A stretch of DNA of 64,000 nucleotides from Lachnospiraceae bacterium (lineage in GTDB: Bacteria; Bacillota; Clostridia; Lachnospirales; Lachnospiraceae), in NCBI GenBank assembly GCA_029067205.1, contig JAIEEY010000076.1, positions 25 to 64,024 of the forward strand, in the 5' to 3' direction. Positions 16,357 through 26,869 of this stretch are shown here, piece by piece. A program made the position numbers and the translations under genes. The number at the start of each line of letters is the position of its first letter. The stretch's first letter is position 1. The notes beneath the pieces were generated by a model. The model ran no database searches, was not told the origin of the DNA, and worked only from the letters and a program-made list of their open reading frames with translations.

Positions 16357-16880
16357 TATGTTACCTGTGCCTGCATATCATAAGTGTGGGGGGCTTTTGC
16401 GGCTGCCTTATGTCCGAATGCGATGGCGATCTCATACTCGTACTGCTCGGGGAATTGGAGGGCTTTTGAGAAGTAGTCCTTCTTTTCCCCGCGCAGGGCA
16501 TCATAAATACATCCGATGATCAGGTTTCCCAGACCAAGTTCCTCCGCCGCAAGAGCCATATTTTCAACGGCGATACCGGCATCGAGCGGACTCCACTTGT
16601 AGGTGCTGTCTGCGCTCAGCACAATGACAGTAGGCGCTTCATAGTAGAAATTGTGCGTCTGTGTCGTCAGGCCGCGAAGACGATTCTTCTCGTCTTCGAG
16701 TTCTTTTAAGATGGGATTGTCGCCCTTTAACACTGTAAAGTGGATTTCCTGTTTGTTTGCCGCTGTAGGCGCCTGAAGTCCGGCGTGCAGCAAGGTGTTT
16801 AGCTCTTCCTCTGTCAGTGGTTCGGCAGTGTATCCCCTTGTGGAACTGCGTTTCTTGATCGTTTCGATTACATTGCTCAT
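16344..16880 (-). CDS. Nitroreductase family protein
   Basis: RSSTRGY, APTAANKQ, DAGIAVENMALAAEELGLG; SD AAGGAGG. Confidence 0.92.
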   Translation of the reverse strand: MSNVIETIKKRSSTRGYTAEPLTEEELNTLLHAGLQAPTAANKQEIHFTVLKGDNPILKELEDEKNRLRGLTTQTHNFYYEAPTVIVLSADSTYKWSPLDAGIAVENMALAAEELGLGNLIIGCIYDALRGEKKDYFSKALQFPEQYEYEIAIAFGHKAAAKAPHTYDMQAQVTYLIE

Positions 16881-17036
16881 TGTTGTTTCCTCCTTCGGTT
16901 TATATAAATCTTTGTTAAGAATATTATATAATACCGTATGCGGAACGACAAGCTTGTATTTCGGACGAAACAATGATATGATGTAATCTATACTGCTTTT
17001 CAGACATTAGAAAAAGCAGTGGAAGGGGGCATAGTT

Positions 17037-18434
17037 ATGAAGCTGCGTTCAAAATTCATTGGAAACAGAGATTTTTACAAGATGGTGCTGATGATTGCGG
17101 TGCCGATTATGATCCAGAATGGTATCACGAATTTTGTCAGTCTGCTCGACAATATTATGATCGGACAGGTTGGCACGGAACAGATGTCGGGAGTGGCGAT
17201 TGTCAATCAGTTGATTTTTGTCTATAATCTGTGTATTTTTGGCGGTGTGTCCGGTGCGGGTATCTTTACGGCACAATATTTCGGGCAGGGAAACCACGAA
17301 GGTGTGCGCCAGACAATGCGGTTTAAACTGTGGATGGTAACGATAATCACAGCTTTGACGGCTGTTCTTTTTTTGGGTTTTGGCACAACTTTGATCGGAG
17401 CCTATTTAAAAGGAGAAGGTTCAGCAGAAAGTATTGCGGAGACACTTTTCCATGGGGAACGGTATCTGAAAATCATGCTGGTCGGATTGCCGGCATTTGC
17501 AGTGGTACAGATTTATTCAAGTACACTGCGCGAGTGTGGTCAGACGATGCTGCCCATGAAAGCGGGAATAGCAGCTGTTATTGTAAATCTAGTGTTTAAT
17601 TATATTTTGATTTATGGCAAATTTGGTGCACCTGCCCTTGGGGTGAGCGGCGCAGCAATTGCGACGGTGCTCTCCCGATATGTGGAAATGCTGATTACTG
17701 TGATCGGAGTCCATAGGAACAGTCATGGTGAGAAAGCGGCTTATTCTTTCGTGGCGGGACTTTACCGCACATTAAAGGTGCCAAGGGAGCTGGTCTTCAA
17801 AATCATCAGAAAGGGAAGTCCGCTTCTGTTTAACGAGACTTTATGGGCAGCGGGAATGGCGATGCTGACACAGTGCTATTCTGTCCGCGGTCTGAATGTA
17901 GTGGCTGGGTTAAATGTTTCCAATACGATCAATAACGTGTTCAATATTGTGTTTATCGCATTGGGAGATTCTGTTGCCATCATTGTGGGACAGCTTCTCG
18001 GGGCAGGAAAAATGAAGGAGGCGAGGGATACGGACAACAAGCTGATCGCTTTTTCGGTGATGTGCTGTACAGGTGTAGCGCTTGTTATGTTTCTCATGGC
18101 GCCGCTGTTTCCCCGGTTATACAAGATCAATGACGAGGCGCGGCTGCTTGCGAAATATTTCATTATGACCACGGCGTTCTTTATGCCGCAGAATGCATTT
18201 CTGCATGCAGCTTATTTCACACTGCGCTCGGGTGGAAAGACGATCATCACCTTTCTGTTTGACAGTGTATTTATCTGGTGTGTGAATGTTGTGATTGCCT
18301 TTACACTAAGTCGTTATACAGCACTTCCGGTTATAGCAGTGTATGCGATGGTGCAGCTCGGGGATATCATCAAGTGCATGATTGGATTGATACTGGTCAA
18401 AAAAGGTGTATGGCTGCAGAATATTGTAACGTAA
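17037..18434 (+). CDS. MATE family efflux transporter
   Basis: ~12 TM segments; LLDNIMIG, AQYFG, VGQLLGAG, LRSGG. Confidence 0.92.
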   Translation: MKLRSKFIGNRDFYKMVLMIAVPIMIQNGITNFVSLLDNIMIGQVGTEQMSGVAIVNQLIFVYNLCIFGGVSGAGIFTAQYFGQGNHEGVRQTMRFKLWMVTIITALTAVLFLGFGTTLIGAYLKGEGSAESIAETLFHGERYLKIMLVGLPAFAVVQIYSSTLRECGQTMLPMKAGIAAVIVNLVFNYILIYGKFGAPALGVSGAAIATVLSRYVEMLITVIGVHRNSHGEKAAYSFVAGLYRTLKVPRELVFKIIRKGSPLLFNETLWAAGMAMLTQCYSVRGLNVVAGLNVSNTINNVFNIVFIALGDSVAIIVGQLLGAGKMKEARDTDNKLIAFSVMCCTGVALVMFLMAPLFPRLYKINDEARLLAKYFIMTTAFFMPQNAFLHAAYFTLRSGGKTIITFLFDSVFIWCVNVVIAFTLSRYTALPVIAVYAMVQLGDIIKCMIGLILVKKGVWLQNIVT

Positions 18435-18474
18435 AAATAAAAGGTGTATCGACATTCGATACACCTTTTATTTT
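18434..18474. terminator. Bidirectional terminator
   Basis: aaaataaaaggtgtatcga-cat-tcgatacaccttttatttt between convergent genes. Confidence 0.9.
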
Positions 18475-18478
18475 ATTG

Positions 18479-20269
18479 TTATTTCGCCACGAGAAAATCA
18501 TACTGTGACATGAACAATTTATAGTACTCACCCTTTTGTGCAAGCAGTTCATCGTGCGTGCCGGATTCGAGGATATTTCCCTTGTCGACATACATGATAC
18601 AGCTTGCATTTTTGATGGTCGAAAGCCTGTGTGCAATAATGAAGGAAGTGCGTCCTTCCAGCAGTCTGTTCAGACCCTTTTGCAGCAGGATTTCGGTCTC
18701 GGTGTCAATGCTCGAGGTCGCCTCGTCGAGGATTAGGATTGCCGGATTTTCCAGCAGCGCCCGTGCAAAGCTGATGAGCTGTCTCTGACCTGCTGAGAGT
18801 CTGCTTCCGCGCTCGTTGACCTGTGTCTGGTAACCGTTTTCCATCTCCATGATAAATTCGTGTGCGCATACGGTCTTGGCGGCGGTGATGACCTCCTCGT
18901 CTGTTGCGGTCAGATTTCCGTAGCGTATGTTATCCATAATAGTACCAGAGAAGATAAAGCTGTCCTGCATCATAATTCCCATCTGTTTGCGCAGGGACTT
19001 TAAGGTCACGCTGGAGATGTCTGTGCCATCAATCAATATTTTGCCGGAGTCCACGTTGTAGAAACGGCTGATGAGATTGACGATGGTCGATTTGCCAGCT
19101 CCAGTGGGGCCTACGATAGCGTAAGTGTCACCTGGGTTTGCGGTAAAGTTTACTTTATTTAAAATCTGTACACCGTCCTCATAACTAAAGCATACATTTT
19201 GAAATTCTACTTTGCCTTTAATTGACGGCATCGGTGCAGCGTCTTCGGCGTCCTTTACATTGACGGGCTCATCGATCGTCTCAAAGATGCGCTCTAAGTA
19301 GGCAATGGCGGTGAGCAGCGAATTGTAAAATGAGGCGAGCGTATTGATCGGCTCCCAGAATCTTGAGATGTAGGAGGTAAATGCAATCAGGATACCAACT
19401 GTTACTCCATATAGTTCTCCCGAAATCCAGCCAATTCCGATGACATAGATAAATGCTGTCGTGACGGTCGAGATGGAATCAATACAGGGCCACATGATGA
19501 AGTTGTATTTGACAGCGTGCATCCATGCACTCCGATAGCTGCCACTCAAATGGTTGAAGATCGATGTATTCTCGCGCTCGCGCACAAAGGACTGTGTGAC
19601 GCGGATGCCGTTGATGCTCTCAGCGATATAGGCGGTGAGGTTGGACTGTTTGTTGCTCTGAATCTGCCATGCGCGCCGCTGGCGTCTCTTCACAAATACA
19701 ATAACAGCGAAGAGCACAGGCAGTCCACACAGACAGATTAGCGTGAGCCTGACATGCAGCAGGAGCATAAAGACTAGGATAAAAATTAAATTACACATGT
19801 CAGTTATCGTGTTGATAATACCGTTTGAGAGCAGATCGCTTAGGCTGTTCACATAGTTGACCACGCGCACCTGTATCTTTCCGTGGGGACGATCATCATA
19901 GTAAGAAAATGGAAGCTCCTGCAGATGGCAGAAGATATCAGAGCGCAGCTGGTGTACGACCGACTGTCCAATGCGGCTGGTAATGCGTATTTTGAGACGG
20001 ATGCATACACAGGTATACAGAACGATAATGAGTGATATTAAAGTAATCATAACAATCGCTCTGATATTTTTGACGGGTATGTAGGTGTCCATAATCTCGC
20101 TGATAAACATGGGGAAGAGCATGGTTAGTGCGGATGAGGACAGCATCAGGAAAAGTGCAAAGGCAAGCTGTCCCCGGTAGGGCTTTACATATTGAAACAC
20201 ACGTTTTAGCTGGCTGAGGTCAAATTTATCCTCTATCACTTCATCGATATCATATTTATTTCGTGCCAT
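18479..20269 (-). CDS. ABC exporter, TMD+NBD subunit 2
   Basis: GPTGAGKS, LSAGQ, ILDEATS, IAHRLS. Confidence 0.93.
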   Translation of the reverse strand: MARNKYDIDEVIEDKFDLSQLKRVFQYVKPYRGQLAFALFLMLSSSALTMLFPMFISEIMDTYIPVKNIRAIVMITLISLIIVLYTCVCIRLKIRITSRIGQSVVHQLRSDIFCHLQELPFSYYDDRPHGKIQVRVVNYVNSLSDLLSNGIINTITDMCNLIFILVFMLLLHVRLTLICLCGLPVLFAVIVFVKRRQRRAWQIQSNKQSNLTAYIAESINGIRVTQSFVRERENTSIFNHLSGSYRSAWMHAVKYNFIMWPCIDSISTVTTAFIYVIGIGWISGELYGVTVGILIAFTSYISRFWEPINTLASFYNSLLTAIAYLERIFETIDEPVNVKDAEDAAPMPSIKGKVEFQNVCFSYEDGVQILNKVNFTANPGDTYAIVGPTGAGKSTIVNLISRFYNVDSGKILIDGTDISSVTLKSLRKQMGIMMQDSFIFSGTIMDNIRYGNLTATDEEVITAAKTVCAHEFIMEMENGYQTQVNERGSRLSAGQRQLISFARALLENPAILILDEATSSIDTETEILLQKGLNRLLEGRTSFIIAHRLSTIKNASCIMYVDKGNILESGTHDELLAQKGEYYKLFMSQYDFLVAK

Positions 20270-22037
20270 ACTTTTCACCCCCTATATTGTTCTGGCTGAT
20301 CTCGTCAACATATTTTTCAAACTCGCCGTACTGATGGCGGAATACCGTAGCATAATAGCCGTTATTCTTGATAAGCTCATCGTGCCTGCCTTGCTCCACG
20401 ATTTTTCCATCACTTAGAACCAGGATCAAGTCGGAATCCTTGATAGAGGAGATGCGGTAGGCAACAATAAAAATTGTGCAGGCATGGTCAATGTTATTCA
20501 GCTGCTGCTGGATGTAGCTCTCTGTCTCCATATCGACGGCAGAGGTCGTGTCGTCGAGTATTAATATAGAAGGTTCTTTTAAAAGCGCCCTTGCCAGTGA
20601 GATGCGCTGTTTCTGCCCGCCGGAAAGTCCTACACCGCGCTCTCCGACAATCGTGTCGTAGCCGTCAGGCATCTCGCGGATAAAGCTGTCGGCATCTGCC
20701 ATGACAGCTGCTTTCTGGACAGCCTCAAAAGGACAGTCTGGTCTGCTGTATGCGATATTGCCCTCAACCGTGTCTGAGAAGAGGAAGACATCCTGCATCG
20801 CCATTCCGATATTCTGACGGAGGTTGTAGAGGTCTAAGTTCTTCACGTTTTTGCCATCGACCAGCACTTCCCCGTCGGTGACATCATAGAATCGGCAGAG
20901 CAGGTTCATGATGGTGGATTTGCCGGAGCCGGTTGAGCCGAGAATACCGACTGTCTGACCACTTTTTACCTTGAAGCTGACATTGTGGATAATGTCCTCA
21001 TCATCAGCGCTGTAGGATACATTCTTAAACTCAACATCACCTTGAAGCTTTCGGCAGGGAATTGGCTTTGCCGGGTGCTTCACCTTTGGTTCTTCACTGT
21101 AAGTGGCATAGATCTTCTCCACGGAGGTAGTGAAGCGCTGAATATCGTTGATACGCCATCCAATCTGACGCAGCGGATTCATAAGCATCCACAGATAGCC
21201 GTTGATCGTAACATAATTTCCGAGAGTCATACTGCCCTTGATTACCATGATACTTCCGACAAGCATCAGGATCACAGTGAGCATGTTTGAGAGAAATTCG
21301 AACCGCGGCACATACTTTGTCCAGATTTCTGCGGCGGCGAGCTCAGCATCGCGGTAGCCGTCATTTTCCTGATTAAATTTTCCGATCTCATAATCTTCTT
21401 TGGAGAATGCTTTGACCACGCGGTTTCCGCTGACATTCTCCTGCACGAAGGTGTTGAGGGAGGAGAACTGCTCTCGGATTCTCTGGAAGCGCGGACGCCC
21501 TTCTTTGGTCTGGCTTAACGTCACAAACAGCGCAAAGGGCAGCACCGCGCACATGCAGAGCGCAAGTTTCCAGCTGACTGTGAAAATCATGATCAGCGCA
21601 AAGAAGAACAGGAAGATATTTTCATACACTTGATAAATAACAAACGCTATGAAATGCCGTATAGCGTCCATATCGCCAGTCTGACGGCTCAGGAGGTCGC
21701 CGGTCCGCTTCTTATTATAGAAGTTAAAGTCCTCCTGCAGCAGTTTGCGGTATACCGTATCACGCATGGAATACAGCACATCCTGCGAGCTGGTCTCAAA
21801 GATGACCTGAGACCAGTAGCGCAATACACCTCGCAGGATTGTGATAATGACCAGCAGCGCGATCAGACTTGGAAGCAGGTCATAATTCCCGGCAGTGATT
21901 ACATCGTCGACGATGGAGCCGGAGACAATCGGTTTTACGATGGCAAAGATTGAGATCACTGTCACCATCACAAGTCCCAGCACCATACGCCGATTGTGTT
22001 TTTTGAGAAAAGAGTAGAACCATTTCATGGCAGTCAT
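20256..22037 (-). CDS. ABC exporter, TMD+NBD subunit 1 (degenerate site)
   Basis: GSTGSGKS, LSGGQ, ILDD (E to D) and AYR (H to Y), typical of heterodimeric exporters; SD GAGGTG. Confidence 0.93.
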   Translation of the reverse strand: MTAMKWFYSFLKKHNRRMVLGLVMVTVISIFAIVKPIVSGSIVDDVITAGNYDLLPSLIALLVIITILRGVLRYWSQVIFETSSQDVLYSMRDTVYRKLLQEDFNFYNKKRTGDLLSRQTGDMDAIRHFIAFVIYQVYENIFLFFFALIMIFTVSWKLALCMCAVLPFALFVTLSQTKEGRPRFQRIREQFSSLNTFVQENVSGNRVVKAFSKEDYEIGKFNQENDGYRDAELAAAEIWTKYVPRFEFLSNMLTVILMLVGSIMVIKGSMTLGNYVTINGYLWMLMNPLRQIGWRINDIQRFTTSVEKIYATYSEEPKVKHPAKPIPCRKLQGDVEFKNVSYSADDEDIIHNVSFKVKSGQTVGILGSTGSGKSTIMNLLCRFYDVTDGEVLVDGKNVKNLDLYNLRQNIGMAMQDVFLFSDTVEGNIAYSRPDCPFEAVQKAAVMADADSFIREMPDGYDTIVGERGVGLSGGQKQRISLARALLKEPSILILDDTTSAVDMETESYIQQQLNNIDHACTIFIVAYRISSIKDSDLILVLSDGKIVEQGRHDELIKNNGYYATVFRHQYGEFEKYVDEISQNNIGGEKYGTK

Positions 22038-22063
22038 AGTTGTGCACCTCGCTTTTCTTTTGC

Positions 22064-22156
22064 TTATGCATACGGACACCCAAAGGAAGTATGTCAGCTG
22101 AAGCTGGCGAGTGTCCAGTGCGCGAGTAGGGGGAAAGAATCCCCTTACTTGATTAG
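22064..22156. repeat. Structured dispersed element, copy 2 (in the 5' leader of the ABC operon)
   Basis: Homologous to 16264-16356. Confidence 0.9.
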
Positions 22157-22193
22157 AATACATATTTGGGTTTAGAACAAGTATGTTCAAGGG

Positions 22194-22252
22194 GTTACGT
22201 TTTAGTATAGTATAAATCATATAAAATGCAAGCCAAAAAGTGTTACGTTTTA
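22194..22252 (-). promoter_or_regulatory. ABC operon promoter flanked by two LacI-type operator-like sites
   Basis: TAAAACGTAAC twice (22194-22204, 22242-22252) around TTGCAT-16-TATACT. Confidence 0.55.
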
Positions 22253-22616
22253 ATGCAATAATTGTCGTTTTCTCTTCGCGGAAAAACATTCTTGTAAGCT
22301 TTCCGATCTGCATATTGCACATCAAATGTTGTAATAACTTTAGATGTAAAGTGCATAAAGATAAATCATTTGGAAAGAATTAACTATATAAATAACACAA
22401 AGAAAATAGAGATTGTATACAAAAAAGAAGGTCAGGGCTTATAAAACGACGAAAAGCATTAGAAACCGACAAAAAAGCTTTACTTTGAACATATTGTATA
22501 CTATAATTCGTGAAAACAGAGGAGCATATGCACACCTGGTTGTTATCACGTTAGAAGCTGTCATGAAATAACTTTCTTCGTGACAGACCCTTATTGACTA
22601 TGTGTAGAAAGGAAGT

Positions 22617-22719
22617 AGTTAGTGTGAAATTAAAATTTCACCATCCTGATTTATGTGTCCGCCGAAGCAGGCGAAAGGGAGTTAGTGAAAAATTAAGTTT
22701 TCACACAGCAAATTCGCAG
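22617..22719. repeat. Palindromic intergenic repeat upstream of the HPr-like gene
   Basis: Two agttagtg..aaattaa..tttcac units that are each palindromic and also pair with each other around a cgcc..ggcg hairpin. Confidence 0.65.
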
Positions 22720-22744
22720 ACTTTGGCAAGAATGGAGGATTATT

Positions 22745-22969
22745 ATGAGAGAACGCAAGATTAAAATGACACCCGCAGAAGTTCAGAATTTCGTAAACGC
22801 AGCATCGAAGTGTGACTTTGATATTGATATTTCCTATAATCATTACACAGTGGATGCCAAGTCGATCATCGGTGTGATGGGACTGGATTTCCGTTCAATA
22901 CTTACTCTGCAGTACGCGGGATATAATGACGAGTTCGAGAGCTATGTGAGCAGGCTTGCAGTCGCATAA
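22745..22969 (+). CDS. HPr-family protein lacking the His15 motif
   Basis: VDAKSIIGVMGL (Ser46 motif) present; no GLHARP. Confidence 0.85.
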   Translation: MRERKIKMTPAEVQNFVNAASKCDFDIDISYNHYTVDAKSIIGVMGLDFRSILTLQYAGYNDEFESYVSRLAVA

Positions 22970-22990
22970 GCGTATCGGTACAATTCAATT

Positions 22991-23038
22991 GACTCTCTCT
23001 GGGTGATAGGGTAAACTGTCATTTAGAGGGAGTTTTTT
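22991..23038 (+). terminator. Intrinsic terminator
   Basis: gactctctctgggtgatag...ctgtcatttagagggagtttttt. Confidence 0.7.
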
Positions 23039-23078
23039 CGTAATTACAAAAGGGATATGAAAGTAAAAGGGGACAGAC

Positions 23079-25631
23079 ATGGAGATACGCGTATCGGTCC
23101 GGCAGCTTGTGGAGTTTATCCTGCGGGAGGGCAGCATTGACAATCGGAAATCAGGAGGAGCGGACACTGCGATGCAGGAGGGAAGCCGTATTCACAGGAT
23201 GCTGCAGCGGCGTATGGGCAGCGAGTACCATGCAGAGATCGGGCTGCAATACACATGGAATACGCCGGAGTATGACATTGTAATAGAAGGAAGAGCAGAC
23301 GGAATTATTGACTATAACTGGGGTGAGCATGATGTGGCACCTCATGATGTGGTGTCTCATGAAAAAACATATGTTATCGATATGGAAAATGCTGTTCCGT
23401 GTAAAGAACTGCCAGCACGTTTGAAAGAGGAGAAAGTAATCATAGATGAGATCAAGGGCACTTACAGGGAGTTGAGGCGTATCACGAAACCTGTAGGTGT
23501 CCATCTTGCACAGGCAAAGTGTTATGCGTATATGTATGCGGAGGAGAACCATCTGGAAAACATTGGTGTGCGCATGACGTACTGTCATATCGAGACGGAG
23601 GAACTCAAATATTTTCATGAGGATTATACTTTTTTGGAGCTCAAGCGGTGGTTTGACGATCTGATGCAGGAATACAGGAAGTGGGCGGATTTCCAGTTTG
23701 AGTGGGAAGGAATCCGCACTGCGTCGATCCGGCAGCTGCAGTTTCCTTTTCCGTACCGCGAGGGGCAAAAGGAGCTTGTCACTTACGTGTATCAGACCAT
23801 TTACCACAAAAGAAAGCTCTTTCTCGAGGCACCGACTGGCGTTGGCAAGACGATATCGACTGTTTTTCCAGCAGTGAAGTCCATGGGAGAAGGCATGGCG
23901 GAGAAGATTTTTTATCTTACAGCAAAGACCATTACCCGCACAGTGGCCCAGGAGTGCTTCAGTCTGCTGCGGGAAAATGGACTGCATATGAAGACGATCA
24001 TTCTGACAGCAAAGGACAAGATCTGCATTATGAAGCAGGAGGAATTTCAGGAAGAAAATGTGTTGTCGGAGAGGACGAACGAGGCAGAGTGTAATCCCGA
24101 TGCCTGCCCCTATGCGAATGGTCATTTTGACCGGATCAACGACGCCATGTATGACCTTTTGACGCACGAGGAACACTTTACAAGGGATAAAGTGCTGGAA
24201 TACGCAGTCCGCCATCAGGTTTGTCCGTTTGAGTTCAGCCTTGACATGAGCCTGTTCTCGGATGCCGTTATCTGTGATTACAATTATGTCTTTGACCCGC
24301 GGGTGTATCTCAAACGCTTTTTTGCAGATGGAATCGGTAAGAGGAACTATGTATTCCTGATCGACGAGGCGCACAATCTCTTAGACCGGGGCAGGGAGAT
24401 GTACAGCGCAGCGCTGTTCAAAAATTCTTTCCTGCATACGAAGCGATTGATGAAGGAAGCTTCTCCGAAGGTTGCAAAACATCTCGATAAGTGCAACAAA
24501 GAGCTGCTCGCCATGAAAAGACAGTGTGAGAGCTATCGCAAGGAGGATGGCATCGATGGATTTGTGGTGGCGCTAAACCGTCTCTATGGGACAATTGACG
24601 ATTTTCTGGACGAGCATGATACTTTTCCGAATAAAAAAGAACTGCTGGAATTTTATTTTGAGGTGGCACATTTTCTCAACATGTATGAGATCATGGACGA
24701 CAATTATGTGATATACAGCCAGCTGATGGATGATGGGGATTTTATGTTAAAGCTTTTCTGTGTTGATCCGTCACATAACCTGCGCCAGTGCATGCAGAAG
24801 GGGAGAAGCGCGATCTTATTCTCGGCAACGCTGCTGCCGATCCAATATTATAAGAAGCTTCTGGGCGGCGAGCCGACGGACTACGAAGTTTATGCGAAAT
24901 CTACCTTTGACGAGAACAAGAAAGCGCTGCTGATCGCAAACGATGTCACGAGCAAATATGCGAGACGGAGCAAGGAGGAATTTCAGCGTATCGCGCGATA
25001 CATTCATGAGGTTGTGCGGCAGCGTCATGGCAATTATATGGTTTTTCTGCCATCACACCTTTTTCTGGAACAGGTTTATAACTGCTTTATGGAGACATGC
25101 TACGATGCGGACACGATGGAGTGCATTGTGCAGGAGGACTATATGAGTGAGGCGAAGAGAGAGGAATTTCTGCTTCGCTTCCAGGGAAATGAAGGTTGTG
25201 AGCTCACTGACAAAATCGATTTTGAGATTGAAGCTGCGGATGAGTCCATTTTGATCGGTTTCTGTGTGATGGGAGGAATCTTCTCGGAGGGAATCGACCT
25301 AAAGCACGACAGCCTGATCGGGGCAATCATTGTGGGAACAGGCATTCCGCAGGTGGGGTGCGAGAGGCAGCTTTTAAAGGAATATTTTGACGCACAGGGG
25401 GAGAATGGATTTGACTATGCTTATCGGTATCCCGGTATGAATAAGGTGCTGCAGTCGGCGGGACGCGTGATCCGCACTGCGGAGGATATCGGTGTGGTGG
25501 TACTGCTCGATGAACGTTTTTTGGAAAAGCAGTACAGGCGCATGTTTCCGCGGGAGTGGAGTCAGTATGAGGTGGTGAACGTGTCACAGATCTCGCAAAA
25601 AGTAGAAAACTTTTGGAATGAATGGCTGTAA
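23079..25631 (+). CDS. Rad3/DinG-family FeS helicase with N-terminal PD-(D/E)XK nuclease domain
   Basis: GRADG..DEIK..HLAQAKCY; APTGVGKT; DEAH; SATL; Q.AGRVIR; CP-containing FeS cysteines. Confidence 0.92.
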   Translation: MEIRVSVRQLVEFILREGSIDNRKSGGADTAMQEGSRIHRMLQRRMGSEYHAEIGLQYTWNTPEYDIVIEGRADGIIDYNWGEHDVAPHDVVSHEKTYVIDMENAVPCKELPARLKEEKVIIDEIKGTYRELRRITKPVGVHLAQAKCYAYMYAEENHLENIGVRMTYCHIETEELKYFHEDYTFLELKRWFDDLMQEYRKWADFQFEWEGIRTASIRQLQFPFPYREGQKELVTYVYQTIYHKRKLFLEAPTGVGKTISTVFPAVKSMGEGMAEKIFYLTAKTITRTVAQECFSLLRENGLHMKTIILTAKDKICIMKQEEFQEENVLSERTNEAECNPDACPYANGHFDRINDAMYDLLTHEEHFTRDKVLEYAVRHQVCPFEFSLDMSLFSDAVICDYNYVFDPRVYLKRFFADGIGKRNYVFLIDEAHNLLDRGREMYSAALFKNSFLHTKRLMKEASPKVAKHLDKCNKELLAMKRQCESYRKEDGIDGFVVALNRLYGTIDDFLDEHDTFPNKKELLEFYFEVAHFLNMYEIMDDNYVIYSQLMDDGDFMLKLFCVDPSHNLRQCMQKGRSAILFSATLLPIQYYKKLLGGEPTDYEVYAKSTFDENKKALLIANDVTSKYARRSKEEFQRIARYIHEVVRQRHGNYMVFLPSHLFLEQVYNCFMETCYDADTMECIVQEDYMSEAKREEFLLRFQGNEGCELTDKIDFEIEAADESILIGFCVMGGIFSEGIDLKHDSLIGAIIVGTGIPQVGCERQLLKEYFDAQGENGFDYAYRYPGMNKVLQSAGRVIRTAEDIGVVVLLDERFLEKQYRRMFPREWSQYEVVNVSQISQKVENFWNEWL

Positions 25632-25702
25632 GCGGATTGCAATGGCAGAGGTGGATATGCTATACTTGTAACGAATTTTAAATAGAATGGAGATATATTA
25701 AT

Positions 25703-26869
25703 ATGAAGATTGCAGTGGCGGGCATTGGTTATGTAGGGCTTTCGAATGCGATATTGCTGGCTCAGAACAATGAAGTGACAGCAGTGGACGTATTTCAGGA
25801 AAAGGCTGATATGATCAATAACAGAAAGTCGCCGATCATTGATAAAGAGATTGAGGAATATCTGACGACAAAAGATCTAAACCTGAAAGCGACAACGGAC
25901 GGCGCAGCAGCATATAAGGATGCGGCGTACATTATAATTGCAACGCCAACCAATTATGATCCATACAAGAACTATTTTGACACAAGCTCGATCGAGACGG
26001 TCATTGAGCTTGTCATGAAGGTGAATAAAGAAGCTGTCATGATCATCAAATCGACAGTTCCGGTAGGTTATACAAAGTCAGTACGGGAGAGATTTGGTAC
26101 AGATCACATTATCTTCTCGCCGGAGTTTCTGCGTGAGGGCAGGGCATTGTACGACAATCTCTATCCATCGCGTATCATCGTGGGAGAGCAGTCTGAGCGG
26201 GCAGAGGTGTTTGCCAATCTGCTCAAACAGGGCGCGATCAGGCAGGATATTCCGACACTGTTTACAGATACGACGGAGGCAGAAGCGATCAAGCTCTTTG
26301 CAAACACCTATCTGGCGCTCCGGATTGCATATTTCAATGAGCTTGACACCTACGCGGAGATGCGCGGTCTGAACACAAAGCAGATCATAGAGGGCGTAGG
26401 TCTTGATCCCAGAATCGGAAGCCATTACAATAATCCGTCTTTTGGTTATGGTGGATACTGTCTGCCCAAGGACACCAAACAGCTGCGGGCAAATTACGAG
26501 GATGTGCCGAACAATATTATCTCGGCGATCGTGGATGCCAACAGAACCAGGAAAGATCACATCGCAGATATGATATTGGCGAAGAAACCGCAGATCGTAG
26601 GTGTGTACAGGCTTACCATGAAGACGGATTCCGACAATTTCCGCCAGTCCTCTATACAGGGCATCATGAAACGCATCAAGGCAAAGGGCGTTGAAGTAGT
26701 TGTGTACGAGCCGAGCCTCAAGGAGGATAATTTCTTCCGGTCGAGGGTAATACAGGACTTGGACGAATTTAAAAAGATATCAGATGTCATTATCGCGAAC
26801 CGACTGACGCAGGAGATTGAGGACGTGGAAGAGAAGATTTATACAAGGGATATTTACGGCAGGGATTAG
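25703..26869 (+). CDS. ugd: UDP-glucose 6-dehydrogenase
   Basis: [29 protein letters not shown]. Confidence 0.95.
   Translation: MKIAVAGIGYVGLSNAILLAQNNEVTAVDVFQEKADMINNRKSPIIDKEIEEYLTTKDLNLKATTDGAAAYKDAAYIIIATPTNYDPYKNYFDTSSIETVIELVMKVNKEAVMIIKSTVPVGYTKSVRERFGTDHIIFSPEFLREGRALYDNLYPSRIIVGEQSERAEVFANLLKQGAIRQDIPTLFTDTTEAEAIKLFANTYLALRIAYFNELDTYAEMRGLNTKQIIEGVGLDPRIGSHYNNPSFGYGGYCLPKDTKQLRANYEDVPNNIISAIVDANRTRKDHIADMILAKKPQIVGVYRLTMKTDSDNFRQSSIQGIMKRIKAKGVEVVVYEPSLKEDNFFRSRVIQDLDEFKKISDVIIANRLTQEIEDVEEKIYTRDIYGRD

Noticed and set aside
22175-22188. LexA box (GAAC...GTTC)
   Set aside because: The spacer is 6 nt rather than 4.
23079-25631. Type IV CRISPR CasDinG or Cas4 fusion
   Set aside because: No csf/cas neighbours or array; housekeeping context.
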